DNA of 64,000 nucleotides from Nitrosopumilus sp. (GTDB taxonomy: Archaea > Thermoproteota > Nitrososphaeria > Nitrososphaerales > Nitrosopumilaceae). The notes beneath the pieces were generated by a model. That model was not told the origin of the DNA, searched no databases, and was given only the letters and a program-made list of their open reading frames with translations. Location of the stretch: NCBI GenBank assembly GCA_965218785.1, contig OZ244650.1, forward strand, positions 1,280,001-1,344,000, given 5' to 3'. Below, in pieces: positions 17,930 to 28,159 of the stretch (positions within the stretch are counted from its first letter, which is position 1; the number at the start of each line of letters is the position of its first letter). Position numbers and translations under genes: made by a program.

Positions 17930-18544
17930 ATGAGAATGCTGGGAACAGTTGATCTGAAGGTTTTGTATTTGGCCGTCCGAAAAAATGGAACGTTTAATGC
18001 AAGTGATCTGGAGCATTCGGAATTAAAAGAGCTGGGGGTGGGAAGAATTCTCGATGCGCTGGCATCATTAAAAGACAGAAAAATGATATCGGTAAACAGT
18101 GAGGGTACTTTTTCCATCACGAAACTTGGAAGGGGGATTCTTTGGAGCAGTGCGATTCCAGCATGGGCAAGAATCCTGCGCCTTTTACAGATAAAATCCT
18201 GCAACATAAAAGAGATGGTCGAAATTCTCGGCATCGCAGAAGAGAGTCTCATAAAAGATATAGAAAAACTGAGAAAAAATCAGATGGTTCTAATGTCACC
18301 GCAAAGACAAAACGACAGACTCGTCAGGATATATGAGATACTCCCCGAGGGGATAGTTCAAATCGACAAGACAGAAACAGACGGATTTGGCAGCATCGAA
18401 TTTGAGAAGATCAAGCCGGAGGCAGAAATCACAAGCATCATAGATGAGATCACAAACGAGATTCGGGATTCAGACATTGAGCAAGCAAAAAAGAAATCCG
18501 TCTTGGAAAAACTATCCAGGTTAAAAGACAGGCTGAGGATTTGA
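17930..18544 (+). CDS. Tandem winged-helix domain protein
   Basis: Two wHTH-like units (L..L.....I......FSITKLG; IEKL...MV......YEILPEG); start moved to ATG 17930. Confidence 0.7.
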   Translation: MRMLGTVDLKVLYLAVRKNGTFNASDLEHSELKELGVGRILDALASLKDRKMISVNSEGTFSITKLGRGILWSSAIPAWARILRLLQIKSCNIKEMVEILGIAEESLIKDIEKLRKNQMVLMSPQRQNDRLVRIYEILPEGIVQIDKTETDGFGSIEFEKIKPEAEITSIIDEITNEIRDSDIEQAKKKSVLEKLSRLKDRLRI

Positions 18545-20269
18545 TTATTTTGAACGGATTTTATCCTGAATCTGGGCCAGAATTAATTCAGCCTTGTTCT
18601 TATTCTCATAGTTTTCAACAGATTCATCCATGATTTCATCAATCTCATAGCTTTTATCAACTAGGATATTTGCAACATGATCATCCAGGGTGCCATTGCC
18701 GATCAGATAGTATGCAAAGACGGTATTTTTTTGTCCGATCCTATGAAGTCTGTCTTCGGCCTGCCTGTGAATTGCAGGACTCCAGTCAAGTTCGGCAAAA
18801 ATAACGTATTTTGCGCGGGTCAGGTTTATGCCGACGTTTCCCGCACGAAGACCTGCAATCATTAATTTTGATTCTCCGTTTTGGAACTTGTCAATCTGAT
18901 CCTGCCGGTACGAATCTGTCTGTCCTCCAATTATTGAGACGGGGGAGAATTCCTGCAGGCTTTCATGAAGCAGTTTATGAATTACTTTGTGATGGCAAAA
19001 AACAACGACACTTTCCTCAATCTCCATGATGTTTTTAACAAAATTAATCACGTGTGGCAGTTTTGCAACGCCTGCAATCTGCCGCTCACTTTGGATGGCC
19101 CTTTGATATGAGGCAGACTTTGAAAATCCCGTCTCTGCACCCTTTTGTTCCTCCTCGAGTCTCTTCCAGATTTTATCTAGTTCGTCAAGATAGTAATCAG
19201 TATCAGACGCTATGACCTCCTTGTAACGGACTTTGTCCTTGAGCTCCTTTAGGACGTCGGATTTCTTTCTTCGGAGCATGACGTGTTCCTGTAGTTGGTT
19301 TCGAAGCGAGGCCCGTCTGTTTTCTAGGACTATTGCCTTTCCCTTTTCATTTACATAACAGAAATATTCGCAAAATTCCTTAAAGCTTCCAAGAAGACCG
19401 GGTCTTATGATGTCAATTATCGGCCAAATTTCAGAGCCGCGGTTATAAATCGGAGTGCCAGAAAGTCCGATCCTATACCGCACGGAGGGGAGTGCGGCAA
19501 GCTTTTTGACTGCCTTGTATTTCTGCGTGGTTTTTGATCTCAGGTTGTGAACTTCGTCGCAGACTATAGTCCTTATTCCAAGCTTTTTCAAATCGGCGTT
19601 TCTTTTGAAAAGCAGCTCGTAATTTATCACGTAGATATCGCTTTCTGGAAGTTCCCGGGATTTTCCGGTTCGAATAAGGGTGACGCGGGGTGTTTTTGAT
19701 TCGATTATTCTGCCATTCTTGCTTTTTTTCTTTAGAAATTTTTCAATCTCTCTTTCCCAGTTGTTTAGCGTAACTAGGGGGGCAACAACTAGAACCGGAA
19801 ACGTCTGCTTTTCAGTGGCCACGTAGGATAGTGTCTCAACTGTCTTTCCCAGACCCATCTCATCGGCCAATAACGCATTGCCGGAGGATTTTAGCAGAAA
19901 ATCAAGCCCTTCTTTTTGAAAATTCAGGAGCTTTCCCCTGAACTGTTCGCCGGCTTTTGCACGCTTTAGCTTGTGTTTTATCGGAGGTGGCGCAGGCTTT
20001 GGGACGACTGCCTTTACGATTTTTCTCTGCCATACATGTTTTGATAAAATTTCAAGTGGGTATCTGTCCATGATGAGTTTGATCTGTTTTACGTTTTCGA
20101 TGTTATCAGAAACGATTACTTCGTTTATATTTTCACCATACCAGGCTTCCGGAACGAGTCTGGAGATCATGCTGACGGCGCGATCGCCGGAAATTTTCCA
20201 ACTCCATGTTTTGGAGTATTTGTCAAGCACATATTCCAGTTTACCTATGGTTTCCATTGATGTTTCCAT
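18545..20269 (-). CDS. SNF2-family (SMARCAL1/HARP-like) helicase
   Basis: LLADEMGLGKT, DEVH, LSGTPIYN, GINLT and QAEDRLHRIGQ motifs. Confidence 0.95.
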   Translation of the reverse strand: METSMETIGKLEYVLDKYSKTWSWKISGDRAVSMISRLVPEAWYGENINEVIVSDNIENVKQIKLIMDRYPLEILSKHVWQRKIVKAVVPKPAPPPIKHKLKRAKAGEQFRGKLLNFQKEGLDFLLKSSGNALLADEMGLGKTVETLSYVATEKQTFPVLVVAPLVTLNNWEREIEKFLKKKSKNGRIIESKTPRVTLIRTGKSRELPESDIYVINYELLFKRNADLKKLGIRTIVCDEVHNLRSKTTQKYKAVKKLAALPSVRYRIGLSGTPIYNRGSEIWPIIDIIRPGLLGSFKEFCEYFCYVNEKGKAIVLENRRASLRNQLQEHVMLRRKKSDVLKELKDKVRYKEVIASDTDYYLDELDKIWKRLEEEQKGAETGFSKSASYQRAIQSERQIAGVAKLPHVINFVKNIMEIEESVVVFCHHKVIHKLLHESLQEFSPVSIIGGQTDSYRQDQIDKFQNGESKLMIAGLRAGNVGINLTRAKYVIFAELDWSPAIHRQAEDRLHRIGQKNTVFAYYLIGNGTLDDHVANILVDKSYEIDEIMDESVENYENKNKAELILAQIQDKIRSK

Positions 20270-20460
20270 AATTTGTCGACAGAAAGTTTTTTTGCCTTAT
20301 GAATCTTTCATATCCAGTCGATCAACGAGGGGCAGATCAAAAAGAAAATAATATTAAAATACGATAAATGTGGTGTATAATGGGCAAAATATTACAAAAA
20401 TCAGGCGAGATATACAGATGAGAACCAAAATAACAAATATGCAATCACAGGGGCGATAAT

Positions 20461-20850
20461 ATGGCAGAGGATGGATTCGCACTGATTTATCTGATATTTT
20501 TCCTGATCCCGCTTGCACGAATACTTCCACGCATAATAAGAAAACTGAGAAACAAGACGCAGGATGCAAAACCTAAAACATACACGGACGGGCCGATGAT
20601 GAGGCAGATGCAGGAATCCTTTGCAAAGCCGCCAGATGCCGAGATGATGGTATTAGGGACGATCAACAGTGGGAACAAGAATTTCAACGGCATTCAAAAA
20701 AATACCAGCCTGAACAAACAGGAACTTGAGGATGTTTTAAAAAAATTAGAAGAGCATGGCCTGATAAAGGTGGTACAAAAAGGGGGTCTTTTTGGAATGA
20801 AAGTGGAGATTCATCCAACAGAAAAGGGCCAGAAAAAATATTACACATAA
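20461..20850 (+). CDS. Membrane-anchored winged-helix protein
   Basis: N-terminal TM segment; LKKLEEHGLI...TEKG wHTH. Confidence 0.75.
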   Translation: MAEDGFALIYLIFFLIPLARILPRIIRKLRNKTQDAKPKTYTDGPMMRQMQESFAKPPDAEMMVLGTINSGNKNFNGIQKNTSLNKQELEDVLKKLEEHGLIKVVQKGGLFGMKVEIHPTEKGQKKYYT

Positions 20851-21589
20851 GAACCCCATTGTTTTTGGTGCGGGGAACGGTGATGGTATATGATTTGTGC
20901 CAGCAGCCAACCATCATAATATTTTTTGTATCTGTGGGTCTGGTCATCTTTTTTCAGGGTTTGGAACAGTTGTAGTCTGACTTGGATGTTTTTTCCTTCC
21001 AGCGTTCTTGTTTTAGGTAGTAGCAGTATTTTTCACATCCATGCCAGGGATATCTGTCTGCAAAAACTGCAGCATTTTGCATGTGCATAGATACGCTGAT
21101 CAGGCGGTTCTGGTAACCGTCAACTAATACCAGGCAACCCTCATCGAGACGAGTTTGTAGCAGATATCTGTTTGTATCTGTCGAATCAAATGCCACAATA
21201 AAATACGCCAAGCCCCGCCCAACATGTGTCAGTACGGCATTTAGAATACATTACCGTGATAAATGATTCTAAAGGACGTCTTGACGGAAAATAGCCGTCT
21301 CTATTTTTTGTGCATGTGTTTTTATTTAAAACCTGCAACAGGGTAGATCACATCGTATTGGATGTCATAATCAGATGAAGCAGTTGACAGCATAACTTTT
21401 CTTGATAATTGTTTGCCACACAGCAGAGGAATTAAACGATGACCTGCAAATCCAAATAACTTGAAAATGCATTGTAACGAGGTATGTCTCTGTTTTTTTC
21501 ATGTTAGTATGTATTTGTATGATGCGATATTTGACATCCCATCAGATAATAGATGGGACGTAATATTACAAAAACAACTTTGTGTTCTC

Positions 21590-21613
21590 CAACAACAACA
21601 ACAACAACAACAA
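21590..21613. repeat. (CAA)8 microsatellite in a decayed intergenic region
   Basis: Direct read. Confidence 0.95.
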
Positions 21614-21981
21614 AATATCTCTTGGCAATCCCCGGTTCCTACCCCAAACCAAATGGCAAACTGCAGGTTGTCACATACACACATGCAAATCAGCACCTGT
21701 TCATCCTCATGATCTCCCAGGCCATCTAATGCCAAATGTCCGTGTTTTGGGATTGGTTTAACCAGGTCTTTCCACGGGTACCACAGCGTTTTGGGAGCTA
21801 AACTACAGTCGGATTCTTGCCGGTGGCACATCCGGATATATTCTGACAGACAAGTTTCAGATTAATTTAATGATCAGATCATCAGACAGATGATAAAAAA
21901 CACAATCATAGACTGCAGGTTTGGTGTCAAATTACGATCAGAGAAAGGAACTACTAATAAGGCTAAAATTAAAAAATAACC

Positions 21982-23589
21982 ATGTCCTTTGAAGCGATTT
22001 TATTTATCGCAGTGCTGGTAATTGCCTCAAAACTTGGAGGCGAACTGCTTCATAGAATTGGGCAGCCCACCATTCTCGGGAACGTCATTGCAGGGATAAT
22101 CGTAGGTCCCGCGCTTTTGGCGATTGTTCAGCCAATTGAGGCAATAGAACTCTTTGTTTCAATAGGCGTCTTCTTTTTGTTCTTCCTAATCGGTCTTGAA
22201 GAGATTGATCTTGCCGGATTATTCAAGGTGATAAAGGGGAGGATATTTGCAGGATCCGCCGTTGCATTTTTAATACCATTTTTGGTTGCAGGGCTTTTTG
22301 GACTGGCAATTGACATGGATTTCATACAGTCTTTTGCCATTGCAAGTGTGATTGCGGCATCTAGTCTGGGTGTAACGGCCAAGGTGTTAAGTGATCTTGG
22401 AAAACTTAGATCGACTATCGGTCTTGAAATTTTCACAGTAACTGCAATCGTGGAATTTATCGCGATTATTTTTGTAAGTGTGTTTATTCAGATAGATACA
22501 AGCGATGACTTTCCAGAAATCACCGAGATGATCTGGCTGTTTGCCAAGATGGTGATCTTTTTTGCCATCGCCGGACTTGCATCCGTGTTTGTTCTGCCTC
22601 GTTTTTTCAGATTAATCAAGAGATATCTTCGAGTCCAACAGGCCTATTTTGCCGTGGTAATCGGAATGATCTTACTTGTGGCATATTTTGCAGAAGTCAG
22701 CGGGGTTCACGGGGCAATCGGTGCCCTGCTTTTGGGGATTGCCGTTTCAAGGATGAACAGGGATGAGTATCATGAAATCTCAAAAAGCGTCAACGTGATA
22801 GGGTACGGGATTTTTATTCCGATATTTTTTGCAGGAATCGGACTGCATTTCAGCCTGGCATTCTTGGAATTAGACTGGTGGATAATCGCCGTTTTTATTG
22901 GCATCATGACTGGTGTGAAGTTTTTGAGCTCGTATATCGCAGTACGTATAGCCAAAATGAGGCCTGCAACTACCGTGGCATACGGTGTAATGTCAAAAGG
23001 CGCAGTTGATTTGGCACTGATGCTGTCCTTGCTGCAAGCAGACATTATGGATGACAAGTTATTCTCACTCTTGGTTTTGGGCACGCTTATCACCATGATC
23101 ATATCTAGTGTTGAACTTCAGCGCAATCTAAAAAAGATAATTCATGTCAGAGTCGGAGCCTCCGAATTTGGATTGGTTCCAATATTTTTTAGAAGGGTGG
23201 TATCTGACACTTGTGCCAGTGCGGTAACTGACACGGCGTTTTCTAGGACCACGCAGGATATCACAGTCAAGGAGTTTTCTAAGACCAATGATGCCAAAAA
23301 CCCCTTTCTTGTTTTTGATGATGGGGATAATTTGGTAGGAATCGTATCTAAAAAAGAGATAGACAAAGCCCGTAAAAAAACACAAGAGTCAACTACCATC
23401 GGCGATATAATGTATAGAAAAATTCACACGACCCTTCCAGATGATTATCTGTTTACGGTAATTCAAAAAATGAATTCGCATCCGTTTGATATGATTCCAG
23501 TAGTGGATCCAAACAACCCTAGAAAGGTAGTCGGAATTGTAACAGGCGAGGCAATGATGAATTTGTTGACAGAGACAAAAAAACCGTAA
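21982..23589 (+). CDS. CPA2 cation:proton antiporter with C-terminal CBS pair
   Basis: ~12 TM segments, GQP..LG..IAG.IVGP, LFFLIGLE and FIPIFFAGIG; CBS domains. Confidence 0.93.
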   Translation: MSFEAILFIAVLVIASKLGGELLHRIGQPTILGNVIAGIIVGPALLAIVQPIEAIELFVSIGVFFLFFLIGLEEIDLAGLFKVIKGRIFAGSAVAFLIPFLVAGLFGLAIDMDFIQSFAIASVIAASSLGVTAKVLSDLGKLRSTIGLEIFTVTAIVEFIAIIFVSVFIQIDTSDDFPEITEMIWLFAKMVIFFAIAGLASVFVLPRFFRLIKRYLRVQQAYFAVVIGMILLVAYFAEVSGVHGAIGALLLGIAVSRMNRDEYHEISKSVNVIGYGIFIPIFFAGIGLHFSLAFLELDWWIIAVFIGIMTGVKFLSSYIAVRIAKMRPATTVAYGVMSKGAVDLALMLSLLQADIMDDKLFSLLVLGTLITMIISSVELQRNLKKIIHVRVGASEFGLVPIFFRRVVSDTCASAVTDTAFSRTTQDITVKEFSKTNDAKNPFLVFDDGDNLVGIVSKKEIDKARKKTQESTTIGDIMYRKIHTTLPDDYLFTVIQKMNSHPFDMIPVVDPNNPRKVVGIVTGEAMMNLLTETKKP

Positions 23590-23740
23590 TTTTATGCATG
23601 ATGGGCATGATCAGATATACGCATGGCTAATCTGAAATTCCTCGTGCGGCAGCAGGCATGTCAATCCATGAAATCAACAATTGCAGAGAATGTTTTCTTG
23701 TCATGCCATTTTGGCACATCGGGTGCTAGGCACGAAATAA

Positions 23741-24162
23741 TCCAGATGAAATTTTGTGTCTATTGAGAACTTTTGGTTAGTGAGGCATTTTGAATGATGG
23801 TCTTCCATTTGTTGGAACCATCCACCAATATCCCTGCCATCTCTGCAGGTGTCTTGCCGCCCAACGCACTGTGTTTTTTGGTAAAATTATAGAATGTCTG
23901 AAATCCGTCAAACAACGGACTGTCCATCGTCTTGATTCCCTTAAATGGGATCTCTCTGTCTCTAATTGTACCGTTTAATCTCTCCATTCGATTATTGTTT
24001 ATGTCCCCTCTCATGTGGATGTGTCTGATGTGTTCTGTCTCCTTGTGCAGGAAATTCTTTGCCCTGTATTCGGACTTCCAAGCATGATAATCGTAGAAAA
24101 TCAGGAAGATAGCCCTTCGACAATTAACACAAAGGAGATTCACCCGTCAAGTTAACAGTACC
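23741..24162 (-). pseudogene. IS6-like DDE transposase C-terminal fragment with adjoining element end
   Basis: NNNRMERLNGTIRDRE, YNFTKKHSALGGKTPAE and NKWKTIIQNAS; N-terminus absent; GGTACTGTTAAC end-like motif at 24151-24162 (minus). Confidence 0.85.
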
Positions 24163-24302
24163 GTACAGTCGTCAGACGTAATGTTATATCTTGACGATCA
24201 TGCTGATGATGTCTGAATAACGGGATCACTAATCTCATAATATGGGAATTGAATTACTGATAGGTACAATTTCAATCTGAAGAAGATTCTATATTTCAGC
24301 AT

Positions 24303-24321
24303 CCGAAGATTACGCAGAACC
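24303..24321. mobile_element. Isolated IS6-like terminal repeat
   Basis: CCGAAGATTACGCAGAACC, 18/19 identical to 12655-12673. Confidence 0.65.
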
Positions 24322-24367
24322 AATAAAATAATACATTTAAAAGTAATATTCTATAAATGATAGAGAT

Positions 24368-24607
24368 ATGGATAAAGAATTAAAACAGTATTTAGATAAA
24401 AGATTTGCAGTGGTGGAAACCCTAGTTAAGAAAGTAGATAACTTGAAGAAACAAACAGGTCTTAACTGTAAAAAACTGACTAAAATTGGAAAAGAGATTC
24501 CCATCATAAGGGTAAGGTTGGATACATTATGTAGTGCCAGTAAGAACACAGAAACACATCTTAATAGAATTGAAAAAAAGTTTGACAGACAACTCATGAA
24601 AAAATAG
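24368..24607 (+). CDS. AT-rich 79-aa coiled-coil hypothetical protein
   Basis: Heptad pattern (LKQYLDKRF...LNRIEKK); TATA-like TATTTAAA ~30 bp upstream; flanked by IS ends. Confidence 0.6.
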   Translation: MDKELKQYLDKRFAVVETLVKKVDNLKKQTGLNCKKLTKIGKEIPIIRVRLDTLCSASKNTETHLNRIEKKFDRQLMKK

Positions 24608-25026
24608 ATGTTGATCCTTTTCAACCTAATCAGAACAAAATTCCAAATAATCTTATGATCTCTTACTATTCTTGCACAGTATTCAAATCCATGACATGTT
24701 TCTGAATTTTCCTAGTTTCACCTGTGATTTGATCCGCCTAAATTAGAGTCAGATTCAGATAACTTTACAGTACCTGAATTTTTTCTCATTTAAAAGGGGA
24801 ATTAGTACCTGACCCCGCTTCTTCAAGCAGATCGTCTGTCAGATCGACATCATTACGAAATTTTTCCAGATCCATGATTTCAGAGTTAATCCTAGTTTTA
24901 GGGGTTTTAAGAATTAGTTGTGATTTTACATTTCAGGTCAGGCACGGATGACCCAATTACTCAAATAAAATTGAAAAATAGATAAATTTTATTCATACTT
25001 TGGCTTAACAACAGAATTTAGAAGGG

Positions 25027-26019
25027 TTGCATGTGTACAAAGACAGGGTCATATTAACAGGATTATTCTCATTTTTGATGTTATTTTCGCTTATTCCATC
25101 CATAGATGCGGAACTGTGGGAGTTGATAGTGGTTGCAAACGTGGAAAAAGCGGCGATTTATTCTAGTGATGCAGTAGTAGTTACAGGCAAAGTCGTAGAC
25201 CATGCATACAAACCAGTAGTAGGTGCTGAAATCTCCGTTAGGGCTGGCTCAGATACGACAAAGACAACCACAGACTCGGCAGGGCTGTTCAAAGTGGAAT
25301 TAAATAGTCTGGAGAGGATTCCTGCAACGTATACTGTTAACGTGGCTGCAACATGGAATGAGATGACAGGTATTACAAGCATCCAATTTCAGGTGAAAGG
25401 TGACGCATCGCCAGTTACGGTACTGCAGAAAAAACTCTCCACCGGGGAAGCAATAAGATATCTTACCGCAGACGAGAAGGATTTTGAGAAAGATCCAATC
25501 GGGCAGACTCTGTTCAAGTATTATCAGGGATTGTTACAAGAGTTAATCGATGAAAACAAGGAGAGTATGAAGCCCACAAAGAAACAGATTCAACTAGAGC
25601 AGCAAAGACAGATTGCCGGTGAGTTAAAAAAGAAGGCCATCGAATTTTACAATCCAGGATATGGTGTTTACGGCGGGTACAAGTACGATGACTATATCAG
25701 AGCGCTGAATCCGGAGATAAAGGATCTAGTCACAGCCCAGATGAACTTTACCAAAAACACGTTTGAAGAGGCACAGAAGATAAGAGATAAAATTCTTGCA
25801 GATGGGGGCACAATAGAAAAGGCCAGACAGGCATATCTGGATATTATTTCAATTCCAAAAGAGGTTTTGGAGCAGTTCAATCAAGAGAGATTAGATGAGA
25901 AAGCAGAAGAGGGTGCCGGAGAGGAAGCAGAAGAGGGTGCCGGAGAGGAAGTAGAAGATGGTGCCGGAGAGGAAGCTGGAGAAGATCCGATGGTGCTGAT
26001 TCAGAGAACCAATGAATGA
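25027..26019 (+). CDS. Secreted protein with Ig/carboxypeptidase-regulatory-like domain and acidic repeat tail
   Basis: Signal peptide; VTGKVVD...PV.GAEI....TTTDSAG.F motif; EEAEEGAG repeats. Confidence 0.8.
   Translation: MHVYKDRVILTGLFSFLMLFSLIPSIDAELWELIVVANVEKAAIYSSDAVVVTGKVVDHAYKPVVGAEISVRAGSDTTKTTTDSAGLFKVELNSLERIPATYTVNVAATWNEMTGITSIQFQVKGDASPVTVLQKKLSTGEAIRYLTADEKDFEKDPIGQTLFKYYQGLLQELIDENKESMKPTKKQIQLEQQRQIAGELKKKAIEFYNPGYGVYGGYKYDDYIRALNPEIKDLVTAQMNFTKNTFEEAQKIRDKILADGGTIEKARQAYLDIISIPKEVLEQFNQERLDEKAEEGAGEEAEEGAGEEVEDGAGEEAGEDPMVLIQRTNE
25897..25983. repeat. 24-bp in-frame tandem repeat (~3.5 units)
   Basis: GAGGAAGCAGAAGAGGGTGCCGGA units. Confidence 0.9.
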
Positions 26020-26023
26020 TTGA

Positions 26024-26210
26024 TGTTCTGTAAAGTTATGGAGACCTGAAATCTAGTCCATAATTTTTTATTATATAATATCTCATCAGTAATGGACGAC
26101 AACCCGGGCGTATGTTCTGCTTTCATGTTTTGAAAGCAGTTACACCATTTAATAAAATAATTTCATTCCATTATTATGACTAGTCCGGTCTCTATAACTT
26201 CACATGAACC
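26024..26210. mobile_element. ~187-bp MITE-like element with inverted IS6-like ends
   Basis: Left TGTTCTGTAAAGTTATGGAGACCTGAAATCTAGTCCATAAT; right (reverse complement) GGTTCATGTGAAGTTATAGAGACCGGACTAGTCATAAT. Confidence 0.7.
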
Positions 26211-26253
26211 TTTCTTCCAAACAATTTTTAATCCGAATCGGATATAAAATCTG

Positions 26254-26574
26254 ATGAAGATATACCACAAATCGACATGCATTACATGCAGAAAAACCAT
26301 CACGGAGATGGAGAGGATGCACACCGACATTGAAAAAAGGGATTTCTTCAAAGAACCGTTTTCAGAAACAGAGCTGAAAAAAATTATTAAAATGACAGGA
26401 AAAAAACCCAAAGATCTTCTTAGAAAAAGAGACAAGATGTACAAAGAACTGGATTTGGATAACAACAAGAGGACTGACATTCAGATAATCAAGTTAATGA
26501 CAAAGTATCCCGGATTAATCATGCGCCCGATCATAGTTAAAAAAGACAAGGCGTCTGCCGGAAAGACCTACTAA
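26254..26574 (+). CDS. ArsC/Spx family protein
   Basis: IYHKSTCITCRK (CxxC) and PGLIMRPII. Confidence 0.9.
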   Translation: MKIYHKSTCITCRKTITEMERMHTDIEKRDFFKEPFSETELKKIIKMTGKKPKDLLRKRDKMYKELDLDNNKRTDIQIIKLMTKYPGLIMRPIIVKKDKASAGKTY

Positions 26575-26580
26575 ATCAAG

Positions 26581-26826
26581 TCAGCCTGGATTTTCCTGTT
26601 TGAATATTCTTACTGCCTCCAAATGAGAACAGTTTGCCTTCAATCCCTTGCCATGATGGAATTTGTAAAAGTTTTTGAATCCCGGACATTCGCACGTATC
26701 AAAAGTTACAAAATAGGATTTGTCGGGATCCGATGAGGATTTTATCTGAAACAAATCATCCTCAAGTCTTACCACGCCGCCACTCTGGACCAGCTTTTTT
26801 GCCTTTCTGATCGTGTTTGCGCTCAT
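26581..26826 (-). CDS. SWIM zinc-finger protein
   Basis: Y.V...CECPGF...CSHLEA. Confidence 0.85.
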   Translation of the reverse strand: MSANTIRKAKKLVQSGGVVRLEDDLFQIKSSSDPDKSYFVTFDTCECPGFKNFYKFHHGKGLKANCSHLEAVRIFKQENPG

Positions 26827-27103
26827 AGTAGGACAGAAAAGTCCTCATTTTTTATTCTTTAATTTTTTGGCAGGAGTGCTTCCATATGATGCCCCGGCAA
26901 CGATTTGAGAGGAAGGGGGCAAAACACCTTCAGGATCCAAGATCATCTTGCATGGATTAAACCGGTTTGGCAGTCAGCATATTTTGCAAATGCAAGAGCA
27001 ACACCAGAAAATGCCGGACTGATTCGGAATCACGCCTAGATACGCAGAGATCAGGGCGTGGAAATAAAATAATATTATAAACTAATTTCCTGATTTCAAA
27101 CTA

Positions 27104-28159
27104 TTGAGCATGAAGAGATTTGTCGTCACAAGAATGGCAACGATGTTTGGGGTTTTAATGATTACACTGCTAATCACGATTGCGCTTGTCGGCTCAAACA
27201 TGGATATCATACTAAAACAGGGAATCGTCTTTCAGGTAAGATCCGAGATTACGGAGAATCCTGCCATTGCTGAGAGTTTTTCATCAGTTGCCGAATTTGA
27301 GGGATTTGTTCAGGATCAGATAGGGCAGAGAATCAAGAATCTAGGTTTAGATGAGCCGTGGTACTCGCCTCAAAGGGTCGGTCTTACCATGTACAAGATA
27401 CTGCTGCTTGATTTTGGACATGCGACGTTTCTCATCAGTGATTCGGGATCTTCGGATGTAAAAGATATAATCTTTGAAAAACTCCCAAGGACGATTTTGT
27501 TATTTACAACTGCCACGATAATCATTTCAATCATAGGAATATTTCTCGGGGCACTATCAAGCAGCAAGATCGGCTCAGTTATCGACAGAGTCGTCTCAAG
27601 TTTTGCAGTAATCAGCTCAAGCTTTCCGGTTTGGTGGATAGGGCTGTTGATGATATTTCTATTTGCGTTTACATGGCAGATTTTTCCTGCAAGAGCAACC
27701 CCGGACATTCCGTCATCGGACCCCGGATATATCGCGGCGTTACTATACCACATGACGCTGCCATTAATTACAATTGTAATGATCGGTTTTGGTTCGTGGG
27801 CATATCTGGTAAGAAACTTCATGGTAGGAATCATGCAGGAAGACTTTATCATGGCAAAAAAGACAATCGGAGTGGGGGAGAAAAAGATTGTCTATATCCA
27901 CGCGCTAAAAAACGCCGCGCCCCCAATCGTAACAATTCTGGCACTTAGCCTGTCAGGATCACTGGGAGGGGCAATAATCACAGAGGCGGTTTTTGATTGG
28001 CCGGGAATGGGCAGACTCTACTTTGAGGCAATCACGGTAATGGATTTGCCGGTAATTATCGGTGCCACATATGTTCTTACGGTGTTTTTCCTGGTAAGCA
28101 TATTCATCGCGGACCTGCTTTATGGCTACTTTGATCCAAGGGTGAGGACGGGTCAATGA
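27104..28159 (+). CDS. dppB: Dipeptide/oligopeptide ABC permease (DppB/OppB type)
   Basis: LPRTILL, HMTLP, HALKNA, ITEAVFDWPGMG and DPRVR motifs. Confidence 0.93.
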   Translation: MSMKRFVVTRMATMFGVLMITLLITIALVGSNMDIILKQGIVFQVRSEITENPAIAESFSSVAEFEGFVQDQIGQRIKNLGLDEPWYSPQRVGLTMYKILLLDFGHATFLISDSGSSDVKDIIFEKLPRTILLFTTATIIISIIGIFLGALSSSKIGSVIDRVVSSFAVISSSFPVWWIGLLMIFLFAFTWQIFPARATPDIPSSDPGYIAALLYHMTLPLITIVMIGFGSWAYLVRNFMVGIMQEDFIMAKKTIGVGEKKIVYIHALKNAAPPIVTILALSLSGSLGGAIITEAVFDWPGMGRLYFEAITVMDLPVIIGATYVLTVFFLVSIFIADLLYGYFDPRVRTGQ

